From Bacteroidales bacterium (GTDB taxonomy: Bacteria; Bacteroidota; Bacteroidia; Bacteroidales; P3), in the NCBI GenBank assembly GCA_017555745.1, contig JAFZFU010000026.1, positions 28,419 through 92,418 on the forward strand: a stretch of DNA of 64,000 nt. Direction: 5' to 3'. How positions within the stretch are numbered: position 1 is the first letter of the stretch; every line of letters starts with the position of its first letter. The position numbers were made by a program, and so were the translations under genes. Positions 55,601-64,000 of this stretch are shown in pieces. Below the pieces are notes generated by a model. That model was not told the origin of the DNA, made no database searches, and worked only from the letters and a program-made list of their open reading frames with translations.

Positions 55601-56832
55601 CCATCGTCGCCGTTGAGATACGATGGAATAAATATTATTTTTACCTTATCGGTAGGCGAGTTGTTGAGTTTATTCTTTTTTATATATGTTATTATAGGGT
55701 CGGAATCGTAGTTATACAGACTATGAGTGGTGTATTGTTCGGGCGCAGGGTTGTTATAGTTGGGCTGTATGTTAGTGTCGGTCAGATACCAATAAGGCTC
55801 TGTGATATGGGCCGGTACAGCTATCACAGCCACTACCTGACGTGTAAGTGTAGTGGTGTTATTCAGTTGTCCCAGCGTGTCTATAAATACATCTATCCCC
55901 TTGTTATGGAATTCGTAACGTCCGCTTGTGAGTACATATAGAGCATTGTCGTCTATTTTTTGATTAATCATTTTTTCCACTATTGAGGCTAAATGTTTTC
56001 GTATTTGTAGACGAGTGATATGGTGGATAGCTTTGTTGTAAGATATTTCTTTGGCGAAGCCGTTAGGCGTAATTTCGTCGGCCGAACGACCGAGGAATTG
56101 TACACATTCGAGATTGGTTATCTCGCTTACCGTCGAAAAAGCATCGCACTGTATGGTTGCAATACTTTCGAGTGATTGCTTAGCCTCTACTCCAAAATTG
56201 GTTGCTACGGTCTCGGCTATATAATGTTTCATGTCGCGATATAGTGGCAAACCATTGCCGGCTATGCAGCGTCCAAGCACAGTGGCATGAGTGGTAAACG
56301 CAGTGGCTATCTGTGGACAATGTTCTTTAAGATATAATATTCCGCTACCTGTCATCCATTCATGAAAATGAGCCACCACATTGTGGGCCGACGATATATA
56401 ATATTCGTAGTAACATTCGATAACTCGTGCAGCGGCATAGCCAAACAGCATGGGTTCTATGTAATCCCATTGTCCGCTGAGGCTATTGAGCTTATATTTT
56501 TCCCAATAGTGCGAAAATATGGTATTCTTTTGTTGAAATAAGTTCGAAAAATCAACCAAAAAAACTACAGGTTTCCCTTCGATATTCCATCTGCCTATTT
56601 TTATGTGTAAACCCTTGCCGGCTGTGTATAATTTAAAGCCTTTGTATAGAGAGGTATCGTCGATAAATTCGGCATTGCCCTCCACATTTCTACACACATC
56701 GGGACCTATAAGTATGTAGTTGTCGTTCAGTTCTTTTATTAAACTATTTGCTTTGGTGGATAATACAGTGTGTATGCCTCCCACTTTGTTGCATACTTCC
56801 CAACTTGTTTCGAACAAAAAATCAGCTGTCAT
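52606..56832 (-). CDS. Fusion protein: GT3 (eukaryote-type) glycogen synthase (N-terminal ~555 aa) + GT35 alpha-glucan phosphorylase (C-terminal ~850 aa)
   Basis: N-terminus [24 protein letters not shown] is the GT3 glycogen synthase signature. C-terminal half has [32 protein letters not shown] and [14 protein letters not shown], the alpha-glucan phosphorylase motifs including the PLP-lysine region. Single uninterrupted ORF. Start set to ATG 56832 (MTADFLFE). Confidence 0.9.
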   Translation of the reverse strand: [1408 protein letters not shown]

Positions 56833-56982
56833 AATAAATCTTTTTCTACAAAACATTATTGTATGATGTTTGGTTTTAGAAGAACAAAGAAATATTAGAC
56901 GACTAAATATAATTTTTTCATCTAAGATACGTTATTAAATGCGACAATATTAAACATAAACATTACATAAATAGATACGACA

Positions 56983-57660
56983 ATGAATATTTGGATAATT
57001 TTTGGTGTTTTTGCCTTAGTAAGTTATCTTATCAGTAATAGATTGGAATCTAAGTTTAAAAAGTATTCCAAAATACCCATGAATTATGGTATGACCGGTA
57101 GAGAAGTGGCCGAAAAGATGCTTCGCGACAATGATATTTACGATGTAAAAGTGGTGTCGACACCGGGTACTCTTACTGATCATTACAATCCTGCTACCAA
57201 AACTATCAATCTCAGCAACGGAGTGTATAATAGTAATAGTGTTGCAGCTGCTGCGGTGGCAGCACACGAAACAGGACACGCAGTGCAACATGCCACTGCT
57301 TACTCGTGGTTACAAATGCGTTCGTCGTTGGTGCCGGTAGTAAGTTTTGCTTCACGTTGGGTGCAATGGGTATTGTTGGCTGGCATACTGCTGATAGGTA
57401 TCTTCCCAAAGTTACTATTGGTAGGTATATGTCTTTTCGCCGTTACTACACTATTTAGTATTATTACTCTTCCCGTGGAAGTAAATGCTTCAAAACGAGC
57501 ATTGGTATGGCTTAATACTCATAATGTTACTTCACCGAATACTCACGGATATGCCGAAGATGCTCTGCGTTGGGCTGCATACACTTATTTTATAGCGGCA
57601 CTTACTTCGTTGGCCACATTGGTGTATTACATAATGATATACTTAGGCAGAAGAGATTGA
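56983..57660 (+). CDS. Membrane zinc metallopeptidase (Zn_peptidase_2 / YpfJ-unrelated neutral peptidase family)
   Basis: HETGHAVQH zinc motif. N-terminal TM helix plus C-terminal TM helices. ~225 aa, typical of the family. Confidence 0.8.
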   Translation: MNIWIIFGVFALVSYLISNRLESKFKKYSKIPMNYGMTGREVAEKMLRDNDIYDVKVVSTPGTLTDHYNPATKTINLSNGVYNSNSVAAAAVAAHETGHAVQHATAYSWLQMRSSLVPVVSFASRWVQWVLLAGILLIGIFPKLLLVGICLFAVTTLFSIITLPVEVNASKRALVWLNTHNVTSPNTHGYAEDALRWAAYTYFIAALTSLATLVYYIMIYLGRRD

Positions 57661-57739
57661 TTTTTGTTTCAAATTAAGCTTCGGGCAATAGCCCTTTTAA
57701 ATAAAGAACTTGACACGAAGAAATGAAAGTTTTTTCGAT

Positions 57740-57901
57740 ACCCTATTGTCGTTTGTTTCACAATAGGGTCTTACGAGCGTGACGGTATACCATGAATTTT
57801 GCCACTGTATACGACCTTAATTTTTCCTCACGATGAAGATAAAACAACGTCGTGATGTAGCACAAAAAACATCGCGAGGAAAATTCCACAACATCGCGAG
57901 G
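57740..57901 (-). repeat. Phased-palindrome/hairpin element, copy E (inverted orientation)
   Basis: Hairpin accctattgt/acaatagggt at 57740..57769. Palindrome centres at 57786.5, 57808.5, 57830.5, 57852.5, 57874.5 and 57896.5, exactly 22.0 bp apart. The last two units are identical (catcgcgaggaaaatt). Confidence 0.9.
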
Positions 57902-58095
57902 AAAATTTTGACTACAAGCAAGCTTAGAGTCAATACTTAATATGTGTCTCCGTTACAGATAGAGACGGCAAATCATTAAGAAGGGTTATACAATACCTGC
58001 TTGAAAATAAGGTAAACGGATTAAAACCAACCATCAATATAGCATTCAATCTTATTTTTTATAACATAGGGTGCTGTAGTTTGGAAAAATATGCG

Positions 58096-58103
58096 TATTT
58101 TTG
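58096..58103 (+). promoter_or_regulatory. -7 box for gldF-gldG
   Basis: TATTTTTG about 95 nt upstream of the ATG at 58197. Confidence 0.45.
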
Positions 58104-58196
58104 CAATATGATTTTTTAGTTTGGCTATACAATTATATTATTGTTATAGCGTTTATTATGTATTTAATAGGATAAAAGAATAAAACAAATATAGAT

Positions 58197-58934
58197 ATGT
58201 ATACATTGTACAAAAAGGAATTGGGTAGTTTTTTTTCGTCGCTAATGGGTTACCTTACCATTATAGTGTTCCTCCTCTTGAATGGTTTGATGCTATGGGT
58301 ATTTAATTCAGATTTTAATATTATGGACTATGGTTATGCCGGTTTAGATGGTCTTTTCCTTATCGGACCTTTTTTGTTTTTGTTTCTCATACCGGCTATT
58401 ACCATGCGTATGTTTTCCGAAGAAAAAAAGAACGGCACCATCGAATTGCTATTTACAAAACCTCTTAGCGAATATCAGATAATATTTGCCAAGTTGTTGG
58501 CAGGTATTACATTGGTGTTTATATCAATATTACCCACTATTGTGTATTATATAAGCGTGTACATGCTTGGTGATCCTATTGGTAATGTGGATACCGGTAG
58601 TGTGATTGGCTCATATATAGGCCTATTGTTTTTGGGTAGTGCTTTTGTGGCTATAGGTCTTTTTGCATCTGTGCTCACAAACAATCAGATAGTGGCATTC
58701 ATTATAGCCATACTATTATCTGTATTTTGTTATCTTGGATTTGAAACATTGTATAATATGGATATTTTTGGTTCGTTGAGTCTTTTTGTACGCTCGCTAG
58801 GCATACGTTACCATTACGAATCGATAAGTCGTGGAGTTATCGATACCCGCGATGTGTTGTATTTCCTAAGTGTGATAGCATTGTTTGTCATGCTTACACG
58901 TGTAGTGTTACTATCAAGAAAATGGCAAAAATAA
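58197..58934 (+). CDS. gldF: Gliding-motility-associated ABC transporter permease GldF
   Basis: ABC-2 type six-TM permease (FSEEKKNGTIELLFTKPLS) located immediately upstream of a GldG homolog. Confidence 0.75.
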   Translation: MYTLYKKELGSFFSSLMGYLTIIVFLLLNGLMLWVFNSDFNIMDYGYAGLDGLFLIGPFLFLFLIPAITMRMFSEEKKNGTIELLFTKPLSEYQIIFAKLLAGITLVFISILPTIVYYISVYMLGDPIGNVDTGSVIGSYIGLLFLGSAFVAIGLFASVLTNNQIVAFIIAILLSVFCYLGFETLYNMDIFGSLSLFVRSLGIRYHYESISRGVIDTRDVLYFLSVIALFVMLTRVVLLSRKWQK

Positions 58935-58969
58935 TCAATTATTAATCAGACATCACGAAAATATAGTAT

Positions 58970-60763
58970 ATGAAACTTAAAGATATAAAACTTTTCAAGA
59001 GAAAAGATGCCGATAGCAAGCAAAAACGCAGTCTCAAACGTTCGCACCTTATCGAACTTTTTGCCGGTATTTTTGTAATCATATTCCTGAATGTAATAGG
59101 TAATTATATATATACTCGTTTTGACCTTACATCTGAAAAACGCTATACCCTATCCAAAGCGACTAAGCGACTGCTTAAAGATATCGACGAAACGGTATTG
59201 GTTCGCGTATACTTGGAAGGTAACGAACTTCCGCCCGACTTTGTTCGGTTGCAAAACGAAACTAAAGAAATGCTCAATCAATTTAGAGCATACAATAAGT
59301 ATGTAGAATACGAATTTGTAAATCCAACCGATTTCGACGATCCAAAGGAGCAACAAGTGTTCTATCAAAAACTTGCACAAAAAGGCATACAGCCAAGCCA
59401 GGTAGAAATAAAAACACCCGATGGTATTAAACAACAATTGGTAATACCCGCTGCCGATGTAATGTATAAAGGTCAGGAAACATCGGTACAGTTGTTGTTG
59501 GGTCAGCGTTACGTGTCTGACGTAGAATTGATAAATAATTCGGTGCAAGCTTTGGAATATACCCTTACCGATGCAATACGCCGACTTAGTCGTGTTGAAA
59601 AACAGCGTATAGCATTCTTACAAGGACATGGCGAATTGGAACGACATGCCATATATGACATACAGTTGGCTCTTACCGACTATTATGCTATGGAGAATAT
59701 AACTTTAGATGGAAATATAAACTCGTTGACCGAACGTGTTATAAATCCTAAAGATTCTACAAGTATCAGTTTTAGAAATAAATTCAAATTATTGGTAGTG
59801 CCCAAGCCAACCAAGCCGTTTAGCGATGAAGATTTGTATATAATAGACCAATTTGTGATGTACGGAGGTCGAGTATTATGGCTCATCGACGGTTTGGATA
59901 TAGAGATGGATAGTTTGGCAAATCGTAGCCAAACCATGGCAATGAGAATGGATTTGGGATTGGGATTCGACGAAATGATGTTTACCTATGGTGTGCGTGT
60001 AAATTCCAATCTTATAATGGATATACGTTGTATGCCCGTACCTATGGCCGGCGGCTCTATGGGCAACAATCCTCAGATAGAGTTTAGACCATGGTATTAT
60101 TTCCCCGAAGTTGTGCCTCTCTCAAAGCATCCTATAGTAAAGAACTTAGATGTGATAAAAAGTGAATTCGTAAATAGTATAGATATTATTGACAACGAAA
60201 TACGTAAAACAGTACTTCTTACCACATCGGAATATACAAGAGTGGTAAATGCTCCGGCAGTTGTCGATCTTAATGTGGCACAAACCGAACCTGATCCACG
60301 CTTGTTCAACAAGGCTAATTTGCCTATAGCTGTTTTGTTAGAAGGTGCTTTCAAGTCGCCGTGGAAAAATCGTTTATCGCCTACGTTTACAGATATACCC
60401 GAAATGGGCTATCGTGGCGAAGGAGATACTACTAAAATGATAGTAATATCAGATGGAGATATAATAAAGAACGCTTTCAATTATCGACAAAATTATCCAT
60501 ATCCATTGGGGTACGACAAGTATACCAATACTATGTATGCAAACAAAACATTTATACTTAATGCTATAAACTATCTTTGTGGCGACGAGGATTATATGGA
60601 ATCAAGGTCGAGAGAGATAAAGATACGAAAATTAAATGTAGCTCAAATAAAAGAAAATCGTTTGGCATATCAAGTGATAAATGTTGTTGTACCCATAGTA
60701 ATAGTGATAATTAGTGGTGTGACAATATTGTTGATACGCAAAAACAGATATAAGAAAAAATAG
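58970..60763 (+). CDS. gldG: Gliding-motility-associated ABC transporter substrate-binding/auxiliary protein GldG
   Basis: N- and C-terminal TM anchors, RFDLTSEKRYTLS motif, ~600 aa. The gldF-gldG pairing is conserved. Confidence 0.75.
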   Translation: MKLKDIKLFKRKDADSKQKRSLKRSHLIELFAGIFVIIFLNVIGNYIYTRFDLTSEKRYTLSKATKRLLKDIDETVLVRVYLEGNELPPDFVRLQNETKEMLNQFRAYNKYVEYEFVNPTDFDDPKEQQVFYQKLAQKGIQPSQVEIKTPDGIKQQLVIPAADVMYKGQETSVQLLLGQRYVSDVELINNSVQALEYTLTDAIRRLSRVEKQRIAFLQGHGELERHAIYDIQLALTDYYAMENITLDGNINSLTERVINPKDSTSISFRNKFKLLVVPKPTKPFSDEDLYIIDQFVMYGGRVLWLIDGLDIEMDSLANRSQTMAMRMDLGLGFDEMMFTYGVRVNSNLIMDIRCMPVPMAGGSMGNNPQIEFRPWYYFPEVVPLSKHPIVKNLDVIKSEFVNSIDIIDNEIRKTVLLTTSEYTRVVNAPAVVDLNVAQTEPDPRLFNKANLPIAVLLEGAFKSPWKNRLSPTFTDIPEMGYRGEGDTTKMIVISDGDIIKNAFNYRQNYPYPLGYDKYTNTMYANKTFILNAINYLCGDEDYMESRSREIKIRKLNVAQIKENRLAYQVINVVVPIVIVIISGVTILLIRKNRYKKK

Positions 60764-60789
60764 TAGTAAAATATATAAAAAAAGAAATA

Positions 60790-61875
60790 ATGATGAAGAA
60801 AAGAAACGTAATATTAATATGTGCTGTGGCGATATTAGGTATAGTTACCTTTGCGGTAGTACAAACAAAGTCGAAGTCGGCAACGATAGAGCAAAACTAC
60901 CATGTGGCCGATGTTGATGCTGTTACCAAACTATACCTTTCCAACAAGCTTGACGTAAATCTTTTGTTGCAACGTGTAGGAAAAGAAGGTGATGATACTC
61001 TTTGGCTTGTAAATGAAAAATACCCTGCCAATCAGCCTTTGGTAGATATATTGTTAGAAACTTTACATGATATGCGCATACGTCAACATGTAAATCGCAA
61101 TGCAGTGCCCAATATTATCAAAAACCTTTCTGTAAACAGTATAAAGGTCGAAGTATATCAAAAGGTATATTTTATTGATTGGTTTGGAGGTAAACTAAAA
61201 CTATTTCCTTCAGAAAAACTTACATCAACTTATTTTGTCGGTAGTGAAACTCAAGACAATACGGGAACTTATATGTTCCGCGAAGGCGACAAAGAGCCAT
61301 ATATAGTATATATTCCCGGATTTAGAGGATTCCTAACTCCTCGTTTCAATCCCAATCCTCCGTTGTGGCGTAGTCGCAAGATTGTACACTGCGATGTTCA
61401 AGATCTTAAATCTGTACGTGTAGAAATACCATTGGTACCCGAAGAGTCGTTTGAGGTGTTACGCAATGGTGAAACATTCGATCTTAGACTATTACAGTCC
61501 AATACAACGGTGTCGCAATTTGATACAGCCCGAGTTGCACAATTATTATCCTCGTTTTCCAATCTTAACTTCGACGAATATGCTTCGGTTGTTCCTAAGG
61601 TTGAGATGGATACTACGTTTTCGCGTCCTCCGGGATTCGTACTGACAATTACTGATATGAACGATCGTGTACGTTACCTAAGAACTTATGTAAAATTCGC
61701 AGATCCTGAGCTAATATCAGAAATAGAAACTGGCAATTTATCCGAAATATTTGACGTAAATCGTCAATATGCTATACTCGATGATATTGATACGGTGCTT
61801 ATACAATATTATGTATTTGACAATATATTGCAACCTGCAAGCTATTTTTTGGGGAACACGTCTTCGACAAAATAA
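60790..61875 (+). CDS. DUF4340-like protein commonly following gldG
   Basis: N-terminal TM anchor and ~360 aa. The call rests on position after gldG and overall pattern only. Confidence 0.4.
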   Translation: MMKKRNVILICAVAILGIVTFAVVQTKSKSATIEQNYHVADVDAVTKLYLSNKLDVNLLLQRVGKEGDDTLWLVNEKYPANQPLVDILLETLHDMRIRQHVNRNAVPNIIKNLSVNSIKVEVYQKVYFIDWFGGKLKLFPSEKLTSTYFVGSETQDNTGTYMFREGDKEPYIVYIPGFRGFLTPRFNPNPPLWRSRKIVHCDVQDLKSVRVEIPLVPEESFEVLRNGETFDLRLLQSNTTVSQFDTARVAQLLSSFSNLNFDEYASVVPKVEMDTTFSRPPGFVLTITDMNDRVRYLRTYVKFADPELISEIETGNLSEIFDVNRQYAILDDIDTVLIQYYVFDNILQPASYFLGNTSSTK

Positions 61876-61893
61876 AGCATAGAGATACAACAA

Positions 61894-61928
61894 CAAAAAA
61901 AGCGACAGATAATTCTATCGCTTTTTTT
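61894..61928. terminator. Bidirectional terminator between the DUF4340-like gene and the Nfn-like gene
   Basis: agcgacagat-aattc-tatcgct stem flanked by A7 and T7 runs. Confidence 0.75.
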
Positions 61929-61961
61929 ATTTTGGTTAATGGTAATAGGCTATGCAGTCTA

Positions 61962-64000
61962 TTACTTATTGCGTATATATTCGTCTATAGCTTTTGCTGC
62001 TTTTTTACCGGCACCCATTGCCAATATTACAGTGGCAGCACCGCTTACAGCATCGCCGCCGGCAAATACGCCTTGACGCGATGTTTGTCCGCTTTCTTCG
62101 TCTGCTACTATGCAGTTCTTTTTATTTATCTCCAATCCCGGTGTTGTACTATATATAAGAGGATTGGGCGATGTGCCTATCGACATGATAATCATATCTA
62201 CATCTAATATAAATTCGGAATTAGGTATTACTACCGGTTTTCTGCGTCCCGAAGCATCGGCTTCGCCAAGTTGCATGCGGTTACACTTCATACCATTTAC
62301 CCAACCATTCTCGTCGCCAAGTATTTCGATGGGATTACATAATAGATGAAATTCTACACCCTCTTCTTTTGCATGATGTACTTCTTCGGCACGTGCCGGA
62401 AGCTCTTCTTCCGAACGACGATACACTATCTTAACATCGGCACCAAGTCGCAACGCAGTGCGTGCTGCATCCATTGCTACATTGCCACCACCTACTACTG
62501 CTACTTTTTTACCCACATAATTTGGTGTTTCGTAACCTTCTTTGTAGGCAAAAAGTAAGTTGTTGCGAGTCAAGAACTCATTAGCCGATACCACACCGCA
62601 AAGGTTTTCGCCGGGTATATTCATAAAGTTGGGCAATCCTGCACCCGAGGCTATATACACAGCTTCGAAACCTTCTTTATCCATCAAATCATCGATAGAT
62701 ACAGTGCGACCTATTATTATATCTTTTTCGAAATGCACACCCATCTTTTGAACGTTCTCTATCTCGTAGCGTACCACAGTTTCTTTTGGCAAACGGAATG
62801 CCGGAATACCATACACCAATACTCCACCATATTCGTGCAATGCTTCAAATACAGTAACATCATAGCCCATCATCATAAGGTCTTTGGCACATGTTATTCC
62901 CGAAGGACCACTGCCTATAACAGCCACTTTGTGTCCGTTGTTTTGCACAGGCTTGTCGAATACTATTTTGTTTTCTCTCACCCAATCTCCCACAAAACGT
63001 TCAAGTTTGCCGATAGCTATAGGATCGGACTTTTTACCCATCACACAGTTACCTTCGCATTGTTTTTCTTGTGGACATACACGTCCACATACTGCGGGCA
63101 ATGCCGAATCGCGGTTGATTACCTTGGCAGCTTCCATAAAATTACCTTCGGCAACATATTTTATGAATTCAGGTATGTGTACATTAACCGGACAACCTTT
63201 CACACATTGTGGATTTTTGCAATTAAGGCAGCGTTGTGCTTCTAGTATAGCTTCTTCAGCATTATAGCCAAGACATACTTCGTTGAAGTTTTTGGCGCGT
63301 ACTTTTGGGTCTTGTTCTCTGACCGGTATGCGATGTTTTTTGTCGCGAACTTCGTCAGCGATGCCTCCCACATGGCATATGTGTCCTTCGGCTTCTTCTT
63401 CGGCTTCCATTTGTTTTTTACCTTCCACAGTGTTGTACATTGCTTGGCGTTTCATTGCCAAATCGAAGTCTACCAATGAAGCATCAAATTCGGGACCATC
63501 GACACAAGTAAACTTGGTTTCGCCTCCTATGCTTACGCGGCAAGCACCACACATGCCGGTGCCATCCACCATTAGAGAGTTGAGGCTGACTGTACATTTA
63601 ATGCCATAACTTTGTGCTGTTTGAGCAACGAATTTCATCATTATCATGGGTCCGATAGCTACCACTTCGTCGTAGTGTTTGCCATTTTCGACAAGTGTTT
63701 TCAATACTTCGGTTACTACTCCCTTGTATTCTGATGAACCATCGTCGGTTGTAACATATAGGTTGCATACGCTACGTAATTCTTCTTCAAAAACCAAAAG
63801 CGAACGAGTGCGGGCTCCTATTATGCAGTCTACCTCTACACCATGATTGTGAAGCCATTTCACCTGAGGATATATAGGTGCTATACCTACACCTCCTCCT
63901 ACAAACACAAATTTCTTGCTCTTTAATTCTTCTTGGCTTAGCGAAACAAATTCCGATGGACGACCAAGAGGTCCTACCACATCACGGAAACTTTGGCCAA
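61962..64000 (-). CDS. NfnAB/SudBA-like fusion: PyrK-type FAD/NAD/[2Fe-2S] domain + GltD-type NADPH-dependent oxidoreductase (5' end beyond window)
   Basis: The N-terminal visible part has GGGVGIAPIYP and CGACRV (PyrK-like). The C-terminal part has two 4Fe-4S Cys clusters, VAVIGSGPSGITCA and VVGGGNVAMD (glutamate synthase small-chain family). The frame stays open to base 64000. Confidence 0.85.
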   Translation of the reverse strand, partial: GQSFRDVVGPLGRPSEFVSLSQEELKSKKFVFVGGGVGIAPIYPQVKWLHNHGVEVDCIIGARTRSLLVFEEELRSVCNLYVTTDDGSSEYKGVVTEVLKTLVENGKHYDEVVAIGPMIMMKFVAQTAQSYGIKCTVSLNSLMVDGTGMCGACRVSIGGETKFTCVDGPEFDASLVDFDLAMKRQAMYNTVEGKKQMEAEEEAEGHICHVGGIADEVRDKKHRIPVREQDPKVRAKNFNEVCLGYNAEEAILEAQRCLNCKNPQCVKGCPVNVHIPEFIKYVAEGNFMEAAKVINRDSALPAVCGRVCPQEKQCEGNCVMGKKSDPIAIGKLERFVGDWVRENKIVFDKPVQNNGHKVAVIGSGPSGITCAKDLMMMGYDVTVFEALHEYGGVLVYGIPAFRLPKETVVRYEIENVQKMGVHFEKDIIIGRTVSIDDLMDKEGFEAVYIASGAGLPNFMNIPGENLCGVVSANEFLTRNNLLFAYKEGYETPNYVGKKVAVVGGGNVAMDAARTALRLGADVKIVYRRSEEELPARAEEVHHAKEEGVEFHLLCNPIEILGDENGWVNGMKCNRMQLGEADASGRRKPVVIPNSEFILDVDMIIMSIGTSPNPLIYSTTPGLEINKKNCIVADEESGQTSRQGVFAGGDAVSGAATVILAMGAGKKAAKAIDEYIRNK

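Noticed and set aside
62733-63267. 170-aa and 127-aa plus-strand ORFs
   Set aside because: Antisense to the GltD-like oxidoreductase gene.
1-64000. Prophage, ICE, defence island, tRNA/rRNA genes
   Set aside because: No integrase, transposase, phage structural, restriction, nuclease/ATPase defence or cas-like ORFs are present. No tRNA-like or rRNA-like GC-rich structured segments were seen in any intergenic region by eye. A tRNAscan/Infernal run would be needed for certainty.

Overview
AT-rich chromosomal window that looks like Bacteroidales (Bacteroidota). Support: TAnnTTTG -7 promoter boxes, T9SS C-terminal sorting domains, gldB/gldF/gldG, and typical Bacteroidales housekeeping synteny. About 49 protein genes are supported, and nearly all are core metabolism or information processing: lon, dxs, tex, pth, coaX, lptC, ackA, lpxD, cobB, manA, mrp, recR, kamA, glmS, prmC, dnaE, dtd, folA, hydF, and an NfnAB-like fusion. 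Surface and secreted proteins include an LTD protein, an Omp28-like T9SS cargo and a BspA-type LRR protein. I saw no rRNA, tRNA, CRISPR/cas, integrase, transposase, reverse transcriptase or recognisable defence genes, so I cannot support a novel protein-coding system. The unusual signal is non-coding. The long intergenic gaps hold several repeat families built on one plan: short palindromes or hairpins with unrelated sequences, spaced on a 21-23 bp lattice. One family has five dispersed copies and combines a 22-bp-phased array of CMTCRCGAKG palindromes with a conserved 10-bp-stem hairpin (ACCCTATTGT/ACAATAGGGT). Other arrays lie upstream of the BspA-like gene, upstream of an HU-like gene, and after ackA. 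A second dispersed family (head GGCAAYTTCTAAAAATT) forms inverted-repeat-flanked, MITE-like palindromic elements. These are nested in a 1.09-kb non-coding gap between the helix-hairpin-helix protein gene and cobB. Secondary observations: a 1408-aa GT3 glycogen synthase / GT35 alpha-glucan phosphorylase fusion, tandem tiny Cys-rich lipoprotein paralogs with a conserved leader, an orphan hydF and a stand-alone kamA.
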